A stretch of 64,000 nt of DNA. It comes from Rotaria socialis. Lineage: Eukaryota. The number at the start of each line of letters is the position of its first letter. Position 1 is the first letter of the stretch. Shown here in pieces: positions 1 through 13,700 of the stretch. The DNA is taken from contig CAJNYD010000011.1 of assembly GCA_905331295.1 (NCBI GenBank), positions 64,189 through 128,188 on the forward strand, in the 5' to 3' direction. The notes beneath the pieces were generated by a model. The model was not told the DNA's origin and made no database searches. It was given only the letters and a program-made list of their open reading frames with translations. Position numbers and translations under genes: made by a program.

Positions 1-100
1 CATTAAATAAGCACGACTGACAGAAACAAAGAAAGAGAAACAGTGGACGTCCTTTTTCATGCGTCATCTCTTATACTAGTCAACTGCCCTCGACCATAAC

Positions 101-339
101 ACCAGAACAAAGAAAATGATTTTGAATAGCCGAATAAAACTGAAAAAAAACGAATCGATTCGATTCGGCTTTTTTTCAATTATTTTTTTATTCATTCGAT
201 TCGATTCGGCTTTTTTCAATTTTTTTTATTCATTCGATTCGATTCGGTAGTTTTGAAGTTCCATTCGGAATCGATTCGATTCGTCTGGGGCGAATCGAAT
301 CGAATTATTCGGCAATTCGATTCGATTTCGGTCTCTGGT
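101..339. mobile_element. Short non-autonomous element (MITE-like) built of CGAAT/ATTCG pentamer arrays
   Basis: Ends ACCAGA (101) / TCTGGT (334-339) are inverted. The interior has many GAATC/GATTC repeats in both orientations and a ~41-bp tandem duplication (CGATTCGGCT at 161 and 202). Confidence 0.55.
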
Positions 340-512
340 AGACACTATCAGAACGATATTGAACTGTTTCATATATTCAGAAAAATATCATCACAAACAA
401 TGAAATATTTGTTTTTTTATGTATTTAATTCTTTATTGGATATTATTTATCATATGATTGATAGATAATATTATTCTCTTAGATCGTAACATGAGAAAAT
501 CATGTTCGGCAA

Positions 513-857
513 CCCAGGAGAATCGTTCCGACAGAAGGATTCTATCGGATTCCGACAAGGGTCAGGCAATGAATATACCGAATAGCATATGTGTTTCAAT
601 AAAACCGGCGAAATCTTATGTGATTCCTGGGCACGGGCCTACAGTCGGATCCAATGTTGGATTTTAACGGAATCCAATTCTAACGAATCACCCTTGCGCT
701 CTGATGACTCAAAGTGCTTATTTGATCGTGACTAAGAAAATGAATTTTTTCATCGAAACCGACAATAGTTTCGTGTCCAATAATCCTATCGGATTCTGTT
801 GGGGAGTCGGATCTCATCGGATTCGATAAGATCCGTTGTCAGATTTATTCACCTGGG
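513..857. mobile_element. MITE with CCCAGG(T/A)GAAT termini
   Basis: Left CCCAGGAGAAT matches the reverse complement of right ATTCACCTGGG at 10/11 positions. The interior is enriched in TCGGA/TCCGA motifs. Confidence 0.65.
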
Positions 858-1340
858 ATACGCAAAAATTGGGAAGAGGATATGAAGGCGCATCGAACTG
901 TAGATCACTGATTTCTCTAATAGAATTTTTTAAGTGTTTTTATTCAATTTTTTAACCTTCAGAAAAATGCTCTTTTTATGAAAAAAAGCGAAAACAAAAG
1001 ATTGATAGAAAATCGTAGTAGAGGTTCGCCTAGAATACGTATTATCCTCAAATAATTAAATTTAACACCTGAATCTTTCGCAGTTTGTAGACCTTCGATT
1101 AGTGGTTTGAATGTGAATCTGATTATTGGAAATTCACTGTAAACAACTCCCGAGATAGGTCTGTTCTTTAAAAGGTCAACTAAAAACCTTACAAAAAAAA
1201 ACAGATTAAAAAAATCAGCAATATATGATGCGATGCGTCTTCATCTTCTCTTTCCAATGGTGAAAACCGTAATTCTGTAACTTGTTGCTATTAAGCGCTA
1301 TTCAAAAAATACTCACGAGCATTCATATTCATGCTACCAG

Positions 1341-1509
1341 CCCAGATTGAGCATTACAACTACTAGACACGGTCGTATACGGCCAATAACGACCGTAATA
1401 CGGTCGAAAAATTGAGTAATCGACTGGTTATGGTTGTTTACGGCACGTTGAAAAACAGTCGTAAATTATGGTGAAATGACCGTTTACGACCGTGTGGCTT
1501 TCACCTGGG
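1341..1509. mobile_element. Decayed MITE of the CCCAGGT-terminus family
   Basis: Right end TTCACCTGGG is the same as in the 513-857 element; the left end CCCAGATTGA is degenerate. Interior has repeated ACGGTCGT/ACGACCGT motifs. Confidence 0.5.
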
Positions 1510-2310
1510 AGTACATATGCGAAAGAAACAGATCTTATCGAAATTCTACTATTATGATATTTGTTGATATAGTGATCAAATAGCATAGAAAAATAGAGCG
1601 TGTTTCGCTCTATCTATTGGTAAAAAAGAAACTTTTTTCGATCTCTGCTTGAGGAAACAAGGTACCTCTGTCACTACTGTTGGATTGCCCTAATTATATT
1701 TATCTCAAACTGGTGTAGCTGGTAAATGACAAGATACTACAATGATCACCTAACGAAAATGCGAGCATTTCTTCATTTTGAAGATTGTATTCAGATAAAA
1801 AAAATTAAGCAATGTATCAGTTTTCTGCGTCATTGTTTGAACTTTATTACGTCTGTTTTGAAAATCTTCATGTTTTAGTTACAAAAATTGTTTGTCCAGT
1901 AGTGCTTAAACAAAAATAATTTGAAAAGGAGCGAAGTTAACTGTTGCTCTCTAAATTTACTAATCTTGACTATGACAAAAATAATCTATTGATTTTTGTT
2001 TTCAATGTATGACTCTCTTTAAGTTTCATGCAACGAATTTTGACGTTGTTTTTTTCGATGGATGTTTTAATTTGTTTCTCATGCCCATCATTTTGTTTTT
2101 AGGTATCTGAATGTAGTTCTCTTTTTTCTCTCTATAGAAAGGCTTACTTTCATAAGATGATCCTTTTATTCTTTACCATTTTGATTTTTGTATTTAAAAA
2201 TGGTGCACCATTTCCCAGATCCAGTGACACCACTAATTTTTTATTTAAGCAACAATTAAATAAATATAGCTACTAACATTAATAATTTATTGAAAACAAC
2301 AAATGTTTTA

Positions 2311-3075
2311 TTAAGCTAAATTTCGATGAGCTACAATGAGTGTGACACGTTTATGATCTTGACAGATCCGTTGAATCAATTTAACACCCATCGCATGTGT
2401 TACCCATTGCAAATTAGCACTAGTATAATTTGTTTTGATCTCTAAAAGACGATCACCGACACGAAGTTGATTCCTTTTAATAGTTGATCCTAATAGACCA
2501 TTTGGATCGATATAAGTTAAAAATAAACCAGAATCTTCATCATTTTCATCTAATCCACCAATAATATTGATGCCAAGCGATTGATTCAATACGTCAGTCG
2601 GCAAGACTACATCAATATATTCGATATGTACAGGATTTAAACGTCGAATATGAAGTGAAAGAGGTTTTCCATGAGCTGAAGAGAATGCTTGAACAGCTTT
2701 GTCATGAGTTGCATAAGTTAAATTGATGTTATTTATCGAAAGTATACGATCAAAAAAGCGAAGCTTAGTTCGGCCATTATCCAACGATGATTTTGAACAA
2801 TGATCAATTTGTGTAATTACAATTGCTCGACCGTATTCACTATCAATACCGCCGCTGATGGTGAAACCATATCTATTCAAATTATCTTGCATTGGTTTAA
2901 TTTCAATAATTTCATCCTTCCAATCATTATCAATAGATTGATGATGATGTTCTTGTTGTTCTCCGTCAATCAATGAATAAGGTGGCGGTAATTCCGTCAC
3001 ATGTAATACTTGTGTACCGTCTGAAAGCTGATTACGATTTATTACATGAAGGTAAGCACCGATATGTTGTTCCAT
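2311..3075 (-). CDS. Intronless 254-aa protein with two tandem PDZ domains (DLG-like) and an N-terminal PPxY motif
   Basis: PDZ1: YGFTISGGID...DRILSINNINLTYATHDKAVQAF. PDZ2: LGINIIGGLD...LRVGDRLLEI...VTHAMGVKLI. LPPPYS lies upstream of PDZ1. Complete ATG-to-TAA ORF; AATAAA-like signals follow on the minus strand. Confidence 0.85.
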   Translation of the reverse strand: MEQHIGAYLHVINRNQLSDGTQVLHVTELPPPYSLIDGEQQEHHHQSIDNDWKDEIIEIKPMQDNLNRYGFTISGGIDSEYGRAIVITQIDHCSKSSLDNGRTKLRFFDRILSINNINLTYATHDKAVQAFSSAHGKPLSLHIRRLNPVHIEYIDVVLPTDVLNQSLGINIIGGLDENDEDSGLFLTYIDPNGLLGSTIKRNQLRVGDRLLEIKTNYTSANLQWVTHAMGVKLIQRICQDHKRVTLIVAHRNLA

Positions 3076-4774
3076 ACCGTTATGTAGGTTTATATTGTAA
3101 TTAAAGAAAAAGAAAATGAATCAGAACGAAAAATAAGACAAATTTTATGCTGGCAAATATTTGTTGAAGCTTAACGAATTAGCCCACATGAGAGTGAATC
3201 ATTGAATGACGCATTTACTAGATAGAAATTACATTTCGACAGCAAGTGATCCATGGACGTTTGTTTTTCGTTCTTTTTCTTTTATTTTGTTGACATCTTA
3301 TTTTATTTTAACATTCACTTTGATCAATGTGAAATTCATCCCACAAGAATTCAAAAACATAAGATGTGCTTAATCATATTGAGCTAATGTGCAAGATTTC
3401 ATGACATCAAAATCTCCCATGAACATTCTAGTATTGAATATAGATCTTAGATCGTGTATTATTGTTGATTTTCTTTTCATTTTAGCTGTTTACTAATATA
3501 CTTTATTACATAAAAAATTGAGATGAACCGAATTTTAATTCAATTTTATGGCTGATGAGCAATCATCAATGTTGATTATTATTATTCTCATAATAATAAT
3601 GTAATTTAGTATTAAATAAATTTTAAAGTAAAAGTATCTTATCTACATTTTTCCTGTAAAATAATCTTCTATTCGTCGACATCTATTATTTACTATTGAA
3701 AGTTTTGCTTCATTATCAATTTTGTTATTCTCTCATAATAAGGGGCAGCAAGCTTTGTGAAGCCATATTTCCATAAATTAGATTCCACTATTTCAAGAAC
3801 TTATGTAAACCAATAACACTAAATGGATGAAATTGCTCATAGTTTCCTAGAATATTTTTAATGGAATTATTTCCTTCATTTTGATTTTCACCTATCAATT
3901 TCAAAATCTAATCAAAAACTTATCATCAGTAGTATGTCACGTGGAGTTTTCAGTTTGTTTTTGAAAATGATACTAATGCAATGCAATAACTTATATTTCC
4001 ATGAATGGTTGACAAAATAGATGCAAGAAAAATAGCTGTTTCTTTCAATACCAAATTCATTTTCTAATGTTTTCCGTTGCTAAATATATATTATAGCTTA
4101 GTTTTTCATATATGTCTTTTAAGCACGCATATTATTCATCTTGTAAGTGTAGTTAGTATTGATATTAAAATCATATTTCAATGATTTCCTATCTTTTATT
4201 TCCAATTTAATCTTCATCACCACGAGCGCGTTTACGAACAAAAAAAGAAAAACGAATCCTCTCTCTCTCTCACTCTCATCTCATATCGGCAATTGATGAT
4301 TTCTCTTCGAATCTTTTATATATAAACATCAACATATCACTAGTAAACGTTAACTAGAAAATAATAATAAAGTAATAAAATGACAAGAAGAAAAACATAA
4401 GAACAAAGCATAAAACTTCTGTACATTATTCCCCTCATCTCTTTTAACATTTTCATATTTGTAATACACGCACACACACACACACACACATGAAGATGTG
4501 TCTAATTCTAAGTTGAGATATATTAAAAAAAATAATAATGTATAACAAATGGTGAAGAAAAAAACGCTCAAAGTAAGATATGAGATAGATAGATAGAGAG
4601 ATGTTTGCGCCATCTCTTGTGATGTTTACGTAGAGAAAAGTAAACAAAAGAAGAAAAAAACGAGAGAATGACACTTCACAACAAGATGAATGCAAGTATA
4701 TACTGTAATAAAAAGACAAAAGAAAGTAGTGACTAGAGATGAGGAAGAAAAACAAACGGAAGATCGAGCAATAT

Positions 4775-7700
4775 TCACGGATACATAATATCTTCAATTT
4801 TCTTCAGTAATTCTTTTGTATAATCAATGGCTTGTTCCGCTTGAGCTTTAAAAAATGAATTAAATTTTAATTAATTGAAAAACGAAGAATAATGAAAAAG
4901 AAATGAACTTACAAACAGTAAATACTTCGGCTGGAATTTTTGCGAATCGTGCTGCATTAGGATATTGCATACGATTTGGATCGCCAATCCATTTATATAG
5001 TTTGTAACCTATTTCTCGTACATCATTGTCGACACCAATTAATAAACCTGGAATATCAGCTGTCATATTTTTGCCCGTATCTTTGTAATAGTGATAAGCT
5101 TTTAGGGCTTTTTCAGCTGCCTAAAATTTAACATAATCATAAAAAAATTTTTGCATTCACATAATAATAAAAAAAATCGTTTTTCAATGATTAGAATGAA
5201 AAAATTTTCAAACGCAAAATTGATATGTGATACATAACTAATGAAAGGTTGTCCTCAGCTGTCAAATATTTGTGAAAATCAGTAGATGTACTTCAACTGT
5301 AGACATCAACATGTAGATCTTCTAACGTAAGCAATGATATTTACTCTGGTAACGATTATTTACTTTATTGTACTAATATCTTGACTAAACATATTTTAAT
5401 CAGAATTGAATTTATATTTTAAGTGAAATATTTCGACTTGATTATTATTCAAAATTTTTGAATGTATATTTGATTTAAAAATGGTTGAACTGTTGAGAAT
5501 TTTTTCTCATAATATCAGAAAAAGTCAAATGTTTCAATAAGATACTAACGAAAAATATCATTTTCACAAGCTATGTATACAAATAAGTAATTTCTTGAAA
5601 ACTTACTCGATAACATTTATAACAAACCCAATCATATGCAACCTGACCAGTCGACGAGTGCATATCACTGTATGAACTTTCTAAATCATGTTGAGCCTGT
5701 TTGAGCCATCGATCAGCTTCAGATTGTTGATAATTACGTTTGCGACGTGAATTTGGACTTTCTTCTGTTGAAAAGAAAGAAACAAAAAAAAATGGTTAAC
5801 ATGCGTATTAATACTAATAAGTTTTATTAATAGTAATAATTAGATAAGAAGCATTCTACAATCAATATTCCCACGTTTACCCAAAGCAAAGAACACTCAC
5901 CAAAAATAGGATCCGAGACTATTATGAAAACAAAAAAAAGTAAAAATAAAAAAAAGTAAAAACAGCTGTTCTGTGCGTGTGTAGACTACATGCAAATTTG
6001 CTACATAGATACTGATATAAACGAATAACTTACTTCCACCAGTTGTTGATGATGTTTGTGAATGACTTGCATTATTTGTGGTATTTGTACTATTCGTTGT
6101 ATTTTCTTCAGTTGGACTAAAAAATCCATGACGTCTTGGAAATCCATGTTGACGACGATATTGCCATTCTTCACGTGCTGTACGAAATGAAGACGAACGA
6201 TGTGGACTGAAACGACTTTTATTTGCGTTTGCATCATTAGGATCGGCATTATCTTTTGGTATATCTTGATAGCTACGTTTTGCATCATCAGTTGAATCTT
6301 TATTTAAATTATCAAAACTACCAAAACGATCATCACCTGTTGCCGATGATGTACTATGATGGTGCTGATCTGTTTTAGTCGCATTTGAAGTTTTATTCCA
6401 ACTGAATCTTGGATCAGATGTAGAAAACGGTGAATGATGAAAATTATTAAATGTATTAAAAAACGATGTTAATGGATCATTTTCGAAATGATCTATTTGT
6501 TTACGTAAATGTTTAAAAACTTCAGCAGCATAACGTTCACGACCGGGATTTTTATCTGGATGCCATTTTAATAATAATTTTTTAACAGTTTTTTTACGTT
6601 CTTGTCCAGTTAATTGGTATGCTTGACGAACAGCATTATAGATTTCTGTTTTAGTTAATTCAAGTTCGGCTTTATCAATTTTATCTTGTTCATTTGCTTG
6701 TGTTGATTCAGATTCTGATTGCGATTCAGATGCCGTATTACTTGATGAATCACTATCAGCAGATGTTTGGCCGTAGGTTTTAAAATTATTAAAACCATTG
6801 GTCGAATTCGAATCATTAGTAAAATCTTCACCATTGGCGGATTTTTCTGAACGTTTGGAAGAGGAATAAGATTTTTCATCATTGAATTTATCTTTATCAC
6901 CATTTTTGCCTATAGACGACACACGCACAGTGAAACAATATTTCAATTCTGTTTTTTTTAAAGGGAGGAGAGACCGAATGTTATTGTGCACGAGAAAATT
7001 TATCTTATCCAAGGGAATAGATAATATTTAATTTTTCAGTCACTCTAAATTCATTTTAGAGCTAAAAGTTTATACATCTGTTATTGACATCATGAATTCA
7101 CGAAGCTATCAGATGCTGACATGCTTCGTACACCTCGATATTCTCTATTGTCTGATGAGTATAGTTCAAAACAGTGAGTAATTAATTATGTCTTAGATAT
7201 TTTTCTAATCCATTTCAAATTATGCGCAACTCTAAGATTTGTATGTATTTGACAAATGTAAGCCATTGCCGTGAAACTCACATGAATGACTTTGAAAAAA
7301 AAACTTATCATGAGTGTAAGTTTCAGACCGCGATATCGCAGGTTCACCTTCATTATATTCGAGAAAAGGCCAATAGCCATTGTATATGTTTCCATAACAA
7401 CCGAAGATAAAAGGCGCCAGGCTCCCTTCTCAAAATTTCTTAGTGACAGCAAAAATGTTGAACAAGATCAACAAAAAAGCTAAGATCTGTTGTAGTATAT
7501 TCCAAAATTTCCTTTGAAGTTGAAATAACTGGAATCTGTGGTTAGTCTTTGAATGTTCTGAGTAAGGCAGCTTCAAATTTTTGCGTAGATTAACGATTAT
7601 GTCAGAGATATCAAGAATAATCACTAGTGATATACATTTTTTCGCCATATAATCAACATAAAATATTTGAGTTGATCAAGTTATAACTTTTGACTGTAGT

Positions 7701-10700
7701 CAATATGCATATTTTCTGAACTGATCGAAACATACGTTAGTGTATTGAGACTTGTCGTAGATAGGCTTCATACGTACAATAGTAGTTCAATCGATAGTTC
7801 GAATATGTCACAATGTTAAATTAAGAAAAACTGGAGTACGAAAAAAGGCGAACGCAGGGGAATTAATTAGAACGAAAATTAGAACGTCACTCGAAAAAAT
7901 AGGAATAAACGAGAGAGACTGATAACTCAGAGGATATATCTGTAGTTTTTCACAGATTTTTTCACTACGCTTCTTTGGTATTAACATGAGGATGATCCAA
8001 ACATGTGAGTTCCACGTTTAAGCTCCAAAGTAGCTGTGCTGATCAACTTTGTTTTTAATCTCAGAAGATAGAAATAGAAATAGAAATAGATTTTAATTCA
8101 TTGATAAAATGAATGAATATTTTCTTCTGTAGGGGTTAATATCAATCAGTTAATCGACTAGAGATATTTCGATATTGTCACGGGTTACTAACAGAATATA
8201 TGATATCGACCGAATAACAGTAATTTTTTGTCGATAGCACATTTAAGAATAAGCAGAGGATAAGCAGAGGACAAATCAAGATGTTAAAGCAGCGCACATT
8301 AATGCCATTCGGTCTCTTGGATCTATGTTTTTTATGTATGTTATTATTCTTACCCTGTGCAGTCGCTGATGCTTTGAATCCAGCACTTTCATCAACTGGA
8401 TTCGTATGTACAGCGTCGAATATTCTTGACCAATGTTCAAGTACATAAAAATTTGATGCTTCTATTTTTTGTGTTTCATTAGCATCATTTATTTTACACA
8501 GAAATACATGTGATACTGATGAATCGGAATTCTTCGATGCATATTGATCTTTAATATCATTTTGTTCATTGGAATTTTCTTTAATTATTTTTTCAACTTC
8601 ACAATAGATATATAAATCATTCATACGAAAAACACATAAATCTCCTGGTAAAACTTGATGTACATCTACATTAAATTGTTGTAATTGTTCAACATCATCA
8701 CCATACACATTGCCCGGCGATGGTATATATTGTAATTTAAGTATGGATAAAATATTTTCTTCAGTTGCAACATTAACTAAATTCAGAAGTTTTGACATTT
8801 GTCCGATTGTCGTTGCTAATAGTGCAGCCATAACAGAATTATCTAATTGTAATTCAGATAAGCCTAAACATGGACTTAAGGCGCGTGCTAAACATAATGT
8901 AAAATAAGGTTGTTCAGTATGTTTCATACTAATATATAAAACAATATTTTCTTCGCCTTCAGCAACTAAATAGACAGCTTTTTCATCGACCGATTGATCA
9001 ACTTTTTGTTGAGTCTTTTTATAAATTAAATTTGTTTCAAGATATTCAACGCATGTTACTTTAACAAATGTTAATCGCTGACGAATTAAATTTTCAACAT
9101 CATCAATGGATATGATTTTTGGATTTTGTTGTCGTGCAACATGATTAGCAATAACACGTGCCATACAACGATGCAAGTGACGTGATAATAATAATTGATT
9201 ATATTTTCTTTCAAGATTAAATAGAAAACGTTGTCGATGAGATTCTTCATCTTCTGGAATTGTTATCGAAAATGATTCTTCATATTTTTGACTGAATAAT
9301 ATTGGACGTTGACTAACAAATATTCTATCAATTATATCTTTTACATTTGTTGGTGTTGCTTTTTCTTTTGAATTCGATGAAGGTGTTGGATCTAATTTAA
9401 GTACACACTCATTTGGATTAAACATAAATTTATCATGAACTAATTTTGTCATATAGTCAAGTTTTGTTTTATCATCCATAATTACGATGTCATTCGATTT
9501 AGCTAATTTAAAATCATTCGATACAAGATAAAGACCTAGAAATAATCAAATTAAGTTTAGTATATAATAGATAAACCAATCTCATCTAGTTTGTGACTGT
9601 TCGTTTGAATAGAACTATTGAATTTTCATCAAAAATCACATCTATGTTAGCCTTGGTGACAGATTTTGCCTGTCATTGTCGAGAAAATGAATCATTGACT
9701 TAGAGTATTTTGTATGAGGCATTCAGATTTTTTCAAATAAACTACTTTAGATTAAGATCTATAATAGTAGAGTTCTGTGTGGTATCGCTACTATGTTGCA
9801 GAAAGTTTATATTCCTGATAGACCTTGATGGAGGTCATAGAACTGAATATCAAATTGATTTCTGAGCAGTCCCAACAAATGACTTGTTTCAGAAGTTGAT
9901 CAATAATGAGTTTCAAACAAGAAATGTTAACACAAAGACAACTTTGATAGTAAAATTAAAGAACTGGTATAAGTAACTGTTCTATATTCCTGTTTAGTAT
10001 ATTGTTTTGGTATAGATCATTTCATTTCACGAAAAATTATTTTTTCTTCTTTATGAAATCTTTTACCAAGTGATATGTTCAATATGATGAACAGGCAAAT
10101 TTTACTAAAAGTTCAAATACAGTGAAATGTTGACAGAATGCTTTTCAGCATATTTTTCGCTTAAAGATTGTTAAGTGGAACTCTTGAAGTTCTTTTGAAA
10201 AATCTATATATTTTTTTTAAGCAATATTGTTACTTTTCACATTGACACATTAAATCTCATCGGATAATGTAAGGCAAAGTAAATACTAACGAAAAACAAA
10301 TTCGTACAAGGACAACTCTTTCAGGTGATTTTTACTAAAAGGCTTCTGCTTCTAAAATAATACTTTTATTTGTTTCTATACCATTCGACAAACATAGACG
10401 GTGGCTTGAAGCGTGGGGCGAAATTGGAATGAAAACTATGCTCAGAGTTCCCACACGTGAATGTCTTATTATTTTTTATCTTGATATAGGTATGAATTGA
10501 GTCGAGAATAGTTTCACCCTCCACTTCTAGAAACAGTTCAATTTCTTCGGAGCAAAATTGGAACATGTTTTCATTGATCTATGATTCCAACTTTCAATTA
10601 GTCTGCCTAGTGATAAACTTGCTTGAACTTAATTGTGATTGGTTCTCAGGGTGCATTTATTGATGTCTACCTATTGCCTGACGAAGATGTATTTTTAATT

Positions 10701-13700
10701 CTAACTTAGTTCTAAAAAAAAAGATAACAATCATTCTAGTTTCTTACCAGGTAATTTCGTTTGTGAATTAACTGCCGTACTTGTTGCCAAATATTTAAAG
10801 AAACATTCCATAGCTTTTAATGATTTACATAATTCATTTGAATTTAAATAATCTTGATCGCAAACTTTCGATAATTTTCGTAATATATCACCATACAGCA
10901 TCGGATGGGGTTCAGATTTTGTACCGATCTGTAGAAACAAGTCTTTATATTCATAAAAATCATTATCTAATGAAAAAATAAATGGAGGAATTTCATCGGT
11001 GACAGATAAATTTAAACAAAAAAATTTCGCTTGTAAAAATTGACGACGTGTTCGAGAATATATAAATTCTCGGTCTTCTAATTCTTTATAAATTTCTGTA
11101 CGACGTTCAACTTTAATTTCATGTAGAAAATAATTATAGATTGGTTTTAATACTGGCATTAAAATATCATCAATAATATGTTGAGATATTTGTTTTGGTG
11201 AAGTATTAGTATCACTGCAAAAGAACAACAACAAATAGAATAACAAAACAGCAAAATAGATGCTTTTCACTCACTTGAATTTTTCATTTTTTAATGAAAA
11301 TAGTTTTGCTAAATTTGCAAGGTTCTTTTGTACTAATGCACACGATGGTTTTTTATTTAATTTAAAAAATTCTAATGCATTTTGATCAACAGATTCTTGT
11401 TGATCATTTGAATCATTAAAATAATCAAGACGAATAAATTCCGGTAATAAATACGATGATGTCCAACATAATTTTGCATATTTTAATAATTCACCATCAC
11501 TTATTTTGATACATGTAAAACGAAAAGAATCTTTTGGATCCGGTTCTGATGAATTTGTATATTGTTCATGTAATTGTAATAGATCATCATTGTCTGAATG
11601 CATTTGATAGGGCTCAAGAAATTTATAATCTAATATTGAATTATCATAACGTGTCCAATTTGCTAACAAATGTTCATATAAATATTTCGAACGTTTGCGA
11701 AGTTCATTTGTCCAACCGTCTTGTTTAACGCTCACTTGAATGGATTCCATTATTTGTTTACATTTGTCAGTTGAAATATATGAACGGAGGCCACATTCTT
11801 TAAGAAATTTTAATAATGTTGGTGTATGAAATTGTTCGTCAGGAAAATGATGAACATCTAAGATTGAACGACTATTTTTCATATTTGGATCATACAATTC
11901 ATAGATTGCACATATCTCAGGTGGATCACGCTAAAATGAAAAGAAAACATACTTGAGAATGAGGGAAAATTCGAGTTTTTTTCTATTCATTCTTTTACCG
12001 ATGTTTTAGGGATTCCTGTTGGTGGTTTTTGCACGTGCTCGTTGTTATTTGTTGATGTTTGTGTAAATATTTCTAAGTGATCATGCAGCTGTTTTCTACA
12101 TTGTTCTTTTTCATGTGGGAATAATTTTTCATCGACATCTTCAATGAAATATTTCAATAGATTTGCTTGAGATTTAACATCTAATTTACGAAAATATGGT
12201 AAACATAATTGTAAAAATACTTCCAAATCCGATAGAATATTAAATCGTATATGTGAAAATATTTTACTTAATGGCTCAATTTTCTTTTGCATTAATAGAA
12301 CAGTTTTTTTCTCGTGAAATTGTTCAGTAAAAAAATTTCTTTTAAATGATCGACGAATAATATTTGACCATTCTTCATTTAAAACATAAACATGTGCAAA
12401 ATTTTCTAATGAACAGCATTGCTGAATTGGCATTTGCTGTTGTTGTTGTTGTTGTTGTTGTTTATCATCGGAAGATATTGTTCCCCAGAGTGGTTTATAA
12501 ATTTTTAATTCACGAAGCTTTTGAAAATTACCTTGATAGCCATGTATTAAGAAATCATTAAAATATTTTAAAATAATAACAATATCATCATCCGATAAAT
12601 TATTTGTTATTTGAGTATGTTTATTGAGTTCAAGTAAAAATTCCAAAACAATATTTGGATTTAATTCATCCATATTTTCAACTAATTGTGGATTTATATG
12701 TGGATCATCAAGACGTGCTAAAATCGATTCTAATTTTTTATTACCAAAAATTTTTGGAAATACACGCGAAGGAGCATTTGCCGACAAACTGGTTGTCGCC
12801 GTTTGAGATTCAGTTGATGGAGTTGGTACTGGCATTGGTGTACTTGCTGTTGTTGTACTTGTCGGAGATTTTCGCACTTTTACACCTGCTTTCAAACACA
12901 CACGTCGATCGATTGATGGATGCACATAATGTTCGTCTTGTGATGATGACGATGGATTTGACACTAAAATAGCAAAAAGAAAAATGTGCCAGTTACATCA
13001 ACCGTATGAAATTTGATAGACACGTAAATATTTATAGGAAAAAAAATTATACACTCCAGATTTAATTTTTTCTTCCTTTACAATTGTTATTAGATGGAAC
13101 TTTGAAGAAAATTGTGTAGTTGCTTCTTTGCGATGGCGCCGTTGACATTCTATCGTGTCGAAGTTAGCAATAATAATACTGTTGCTTTCTGTACATTCGT
13201 AAATGCTACCACAACAACCAATAATTTTATCGATAGTCGGGAAGCTTACGAAGAAGACTGACAGAATAGAGAAAAGAAATACACTCCTGCTTTGAAATGT
13301 AACAAGAAAAAATGAAGCTGATGATGCTGCCGTAGACAAGGTTATAGTAACAATAATGCAAATAAATGTTGCCTTTGTTTAGGTGTATTATTCATGCAGT
13401 CAAGTAGCTGTGAAATACGTTGTATGATTCATAAATAATGGATATTTTTCTATTTAATTGAATGGATTAATGCTCGTGAATCATTTTAACGAAACGGTGA
13501 CAAATATCTCGCATTGTCAATAGTCTGATTCATTCATGGGACGAAAGATTTAGACGACAAACAACGCAGAAGAGAAATAATGGATTAAAGAAATCCAATA
13601 TCAAATGACTGAAGGAAGCAAATATATAATGAAAAACTTACATATATGTTCTCGTTCGAATGGATAAAAGAATAATGTCGAACCAGGATGAAGAACACAA

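Noticed and set aside
253..667. ORFs of 71 and 69 aa
   Set aside because: They overlap MITE repeats and start at non-ATG or weak codons; likely spurious.
960..1189. ATG-less open frame on the minus strand (DLLKNRPISGVVYSEF...)
   Set aside because: No recognisable domain and no partner exons found.
4350..4797. Hydrophobic ORFs downstream of sacsin
   Set aside because: They fall in the T-rich 3'UTR with (GT)n; compositional artefacts.
4775..5764. HEPN as a prokaryote-type toxin or defence RNase
   Set aside because: It is spliced into the sacsin C-terminus after the J-domain and shows no evident RxxxxH motif.
10366..10566. Intronic ORF as a transposase remnant
   Set aside because: No recognisable motif.
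12998..13339. 113-aa intronic ORF as an extra sacsin exon
   Set aside because: The flanking exons already join in frame, there is no sacsin-like content, and it starts at TTG.
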